DNA of 11,720 nucleotides from Octopus sinensis. Its lineage: Eukaryota. Below the pieces are notes generated by a model, which did no database searches, had not been told where the DNA came from, and was given only the letters and a program-made list of their open reading frames with translations. The stretch lies in assembly GCF_006345805.1 (NCBI RefSeq), contig NW_021826903.1, positions 1-11,720 on the forward strand, read 5' to 3'. Every line of letters begins with the position of its first letter. Within the stretch, counting starts at the first letter, position 1. Positions 8,761 to 11,720 of this stretch are shown here, one piece after another. A program made the translations under genes and the position numbers.

Positions 8761-8983
8761 AAGATAACGGTTCAACGGCTCAGTCAGCAAGATTATGATA
8801 ATCTCTTCAAGATTATTATAATCTTATAACAGATTATAATAATGATGTAACATAATGGTTATATTATTATTATATAAGTGGATTCGGTGTACGGTCTTTT
8901 GCCAAGAAACTGAATATGCGAAAGTAGATTGGATAAAGGAAGAAAAAAATACGCGCCTTCAATAATGAAAATAATACCAACAT

Positions 8984-9290
8984 TCTTACTACTACTACTA
9001 CTACTACCACTACTACTATTACCTCCTACACTAGCACTGGCACCGTTGCTATAACTACCGCCAGGTGATTATCACTACCACCAGTGTCTGACATATTTAA
9101 TGATCTTAATTAATTGATCAATTAATTTTGAAAATTAGTTATTTTTTTCCTCATTAATACTATTTAATGTAGTGTTGGTGGTTGTGGTGGTAGTAGTGGT
9201 GGTGGCGCTGGCGGCAGTGGTGGTGACGGTGATGGTGGTCGTCGTCATCGCCGTCCTCGTCGTTTTGGTGGTGGTGATGGTGGTAATGTT
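8984..9290. repeat. (CTA/CCA)n and (GGT/GTC)n degenerate triplet tracts flanking an AT-rich spacer
   Basis: Direct reading. Confidence 0.85.
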
Positions 9291-9507
9291 TGTTGTGTAG
9301 TTGTCACGTGTCAGCCATGAGTGTGCAGATCTATGTTCAAAAGCATCCCAGCCATGACAATCCTGTCATTCTGACAGGAATGTAGGATTACATTAAGGCG
9401 GCGAGCTGGCAGAATCGTTAGCACGTCTGGCAAGATGTTAAGCGGCATTTCGTCCAACGTGTTTCTGATTATGACCAGTTTGGTGGAGATTTGACTGCTA
9501 TTTCTTG
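9287..9507 (-). mobile_element. Repeat family B copy 4, interrupted by a SINE C head
   Basis: Minus strand reads gcaagaaatagcagtcaaatctccacc...aaacacgttgga | insert | taatgtaatccta...gattgtcatggctgggatgcttttgaacatagatctgc...ggctga. Confidence 0.7.
9395..9454 (+). mobile_element. 5'-only fragment (tRNA-like head) of SINE family C
   Basis: aaggcggcgagctggcagaatcgttagcac...gcggcatttcgtc matches the 5' end of 10381-10598(-). Confidence 0.85.
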
Positions 9508-9549
9508 CTCATTCCATCGGTTCAAAGAAGCTCAATGAAGCGACATTTT

Positions 9550-9590
9550 GGTAGCAGCAGCAGCAGCAGCAGGAGCAACAACACTAGAAA

Positions 9591-9654
<64 letters not shown>

Positions 9655-9655
9655 T
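9550..9655. repeat. Compound (GCA)n-(GTA)n microsatellite
   Basis: Direct reading. Confidence 0.95.
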
Positions 9656-9774
9656 GACAACGCCGTAAGAAATAAACAACACGTGATTCGCCAGGCAATC
9701 CACCTAATGTTATAAGCAACTTCAGCTAGTTAAGAAACATATGTTGCCTAAATTCTACCTATTCCGCTCCTAAC

Positions 9775-9783
9775 ACATACACA

Positions 9784-9837
<54 letters not shown>

Positions 9838-9855
9838 TATATATATATATATATT
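9775..9855. repeat. (CA)n-(TA)n microsatellite
   Basis: Direct reading. Confidence 0.97.
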
Positions 9856-9857
9856 TA

Positions 9858-10044
9858 CAATCAACGGAACAGCCTGCTCGTGTAATTAACGTGCAAGTGG
9901 CTGAGCACTCCACAGACACGTGTACCATTAACGTAGTTGTCGCGGAGATTCAGCATGACAGAGTGTGACAAGGGTGGTCCTTTGAAATACAGGTACAACA
10001 GAAACAGGAAGAAAGAATGAGAGAAAGTTGTGATGAAGAGTACA
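9858..10044 (-). mobile_element. Headless fragment of a SINE related to family D, with a different 3' half
   Basis: 10004-10044 (caggaagaaagaatgagagaaagttgtgatgaagagtaca) matches 6606-6646. The rest is unrelated to the 3' half of the 6463-6794 element. Confidence 0.65.
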
Positions 10045-10378
10045 TATATAAAAAAGGAAAAATACAAACAAGCGTTTGGACGTGGCACAAGCAATGTATT
10101 AATAAGACGCCCAGAGAAGGAAAGGAGTAGTAGCTTTACGTTTCGAGCATAGCTCTTCTTCGGAAACAGTAAGAAACAGGAATGTCCAAGACGAAGGAGG
10201 AAAAAAGAAAAAAAAATCGCTAACAATCACATGTGGTTACAATTTTGAAGTAAATGACCGGAAGTAGGAATGAAGAGAAAATGCTTTCTAGAACAGGAGA
10301 ATAGTGAAAAGTATAAATTACGAAAATTAAAAATATGAATAATACAAAACAAAATTAAGAAATAAATAATGAAAAATA
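10045..10378 (-). mobile_element. Probable Penelope-like element 3' end / pseudo-LTR
   Basis: Contains a minimal type I hammerhead fold (GAAACGTA, palindromic stem III) typical of PLEs, T-rich on the minus strand, ending in TATA. The 5' boundary is uncertain. Confidence 0.6.
10133..10167 (-). ncRNA. Minimal type I hammerhead ribozyme motif with core variant (CCGAAGA)
   Basis: Minus strand: guuu CCGAAGA a gagc uau gcuc GAAA cg UA^ aagc. Stem I guuu/aagc, stem II gagc/gcuc, stem III palindrome ACGU. Confidence 0.7.
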
Positions 10379-10380
10379 TT

Positions 10381-10598
10381 TCTTTTCTACTCTAGAGACA
10401 ATTCCCAAAAATTTTTCGTGGAGCGGGCTAGTCGATTAGATCGACCCCAATATGCAACTGGTACTTAATTTATCGGCCCCAAAAGGATAAAAAGCAAAGT
10501 CGACCTCGGCTGAATTTGAACGCAGAACATAAAGACAGACGAAATACGGCTACGCATTTCGCCTGGTGTGCTAACGTTTCTGGCAGCTCGCCGCCTTA
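10381..10598 (-). mobile_element. tRNA-derived SINE family C (Meta-domain-like), full length
   Basis: Minus strand: aaggcggcgagctgccagaaacgttagc head, B-box-like gcgttcaaattc, gctttttatccttttggggccgataaattaagtaccag (MetaSINE-like central motif) and a tagagtagaaaaga end. Confidence 0.88.
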
Positions 10599-10622
10599 AA
10601 TAATGAAAAATTGAAAAATGAA

Positions 10623-10653
<31 letters not shown>

Positions 10654-10655
<2 letters not shown>

Positions 10656-11227
10656 TAATCAATTTAGGGTAGCAAAAAATTCAATAGAAATTTATCGCTA
10701 CCAGCGGTCTAGTGGGAAAGAGAAAATTGTCAAAGACTAAATATATAAAATTAAACAATTTAGGAATGGCCACTAGAAAGAGCAGCCAGAACTCAAACCG
10801 CTAAGTAGTAGTAATTCAGAAATTAGGTGAAAATTTAAAAACGTTTACCCTAATTCATCTTTATACGATGCATCGTTTCGGTGTTTTTAATGGTAAACTA
10901 GCTTAATTAAATTAAATTAAGTCAATCTACCATGGGTTACACTTCATCAGTAAAGAAACCGGGAGAGACGGATATACACGAGGCGTCTGTATCAATGCCT
11001 TCGGAATATCTGTCTTAAAATTTTCAAGACCATCGTATTCGCGCCAACTTATCAGCAGTAAATATAAACTGCCGATTCAAACTCAGAATTAGTCAGAAAA
11101 TTATCAATTTCTATTGAATTTTTTGCTACCCTAAATTGATTAATTGATAATTTTCTGACTAATTCTGAGATTGAATCGGCAGTTTATATTTACTGCTGAT
11201 AAGTTGGCGCGAATACGATGGTCTTGA
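10654..11227 (-). mobile_element. Probable non-autonomous Penelope-like element with inverted 5' structure, flanked by (TA)n
   Basis: Hammerhead at 10858-10956(-). 86-bp inverted arms at 11024-11109 and 11142-11227 (1 mismatch). 10654-10692 is the exact reverse complement of 11106-11144. TA repeats lie on both flanks. Confidence 0.72.
10858..10956 (-). ncRNA. Type I hammerhead ribozyme with canonical core and long stem II
   Basis: Minus strand: ucuuua CUGAUGA [64-nt stem-loop II] GAAA cgaugcaucg UA^ uaaaga. Stem I is a perfect 6 bp and stem III is the 12-nt palindrome ACGAUGCAUCGU. Predicted cleavage is between 10864 and 10863. Confidence 0.85.
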
Positions 11228-11239
11228 TATATATATATA

Positions 11240-11720
11240 TCAGCTACTGGCCCAGATGGATTCCCAGCAATCCTTCTAAATGTATGTAAGAGAGTCTTAG
11301 CAAGACCACTGCAGTTCCTCTTTCAGAGCTTCCTTGCAACTGCCAAACTTCCAAGAAAACTGAAGGAAGGTAAAATATGCCCTATTCATAAAGGAGGTAG
11401 CAGAGTGGAGGCCAAGAACTACAGACCTATCTCTCTGACCTCGCACATCAGCAGGTCATGGAACGAATAGTCAGAAGGAAACTAATCACCTTCCTTGAAG
11501 AAAATGACTTGCTGCCTGACACTCACATGGTTTCCGACCAGGAAGAAGCTGCTAACTCAGCTCCTACAACACTATGACTTGGGTGCTGAAACGACTGCTC
11601 AACACTCAAATGGAAGTCATATATTCGACTTTGCAAAGGCCTTTGATAAAGTCGATCATGGAATGCTATGTCACAAACTGCGTGATCTTGGCATAGTTGG
11701 AAAATTGGGAGAGTGGCTTC
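11240..11720 (+). mobile_element. CR1/L2/Jockey-group LINE reverse transcriptase fragment (frameshifted, continues beyond window)
   Basis: SATGPDGFPAILL...KGGSRVEAKNYRPISLTSHIS/VMERIV...HGFRPGRSC/TQLL...DFAKAFDKVDHGML...WL are RT motifs 0-3 of apurinic-endonuclease-type LINEs. About 5 single-base indels. Confidence 0.92.

Noticed and set aside
8743-8790. Short direct repeats resembling a CRISPR or minisatellite
   Set aside because: Only two 14-bp units derived from a SINE head, no spacers, and a eukaryotic context.
10985-11023. FKTDIPKAL on the minus strand, reminiscent of the GIY-YIG C-terminal T..P.GLN of PLEs
   Set aside because: Too short, and it needs two changes to match. Only a tblastx hit to a PLE ORF would support it.

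Overview
Repeat-saturated, non-coding eukaryotic DNA. It is most likely an octopus or other coleoid cephalopod intron or intergenic region, inferred from the SINE families I recognise and not from a search. I see no host exon or intact gene, and nearly all listed ORFs are microsatellite or antisense-SINE artefacts. Contents: (i) at least three tRNA-headed SINE families (CORE-like 'A' x4, Meta-like 'C' x3, family 'D' x2); (ii) decayed non-LTR retrotransposons, namely R4/Dong-clade RT, RLE and C-terminal pieces and a CR1/Jockey-group RT; (iii) two probable Penelope-like element (PLE) remnants in (TA)n tracts, each with a type I hammerhead ribozyme fold on the minus strand (10133-10167 minimal with a core variant; 10858-10956 with canonical core and a 64-nt stem II); (iv) two long fold-back structures; (v) four decayed copies of a ~200-bp non-tRNA repeat ('B') whose 5' end looks like an HDV-like ribozyme; (vi) many simple and compound microsatellites. 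The most interesting signal is the cluster of ribozyme-bearing, microsatellite-associated retroelements.
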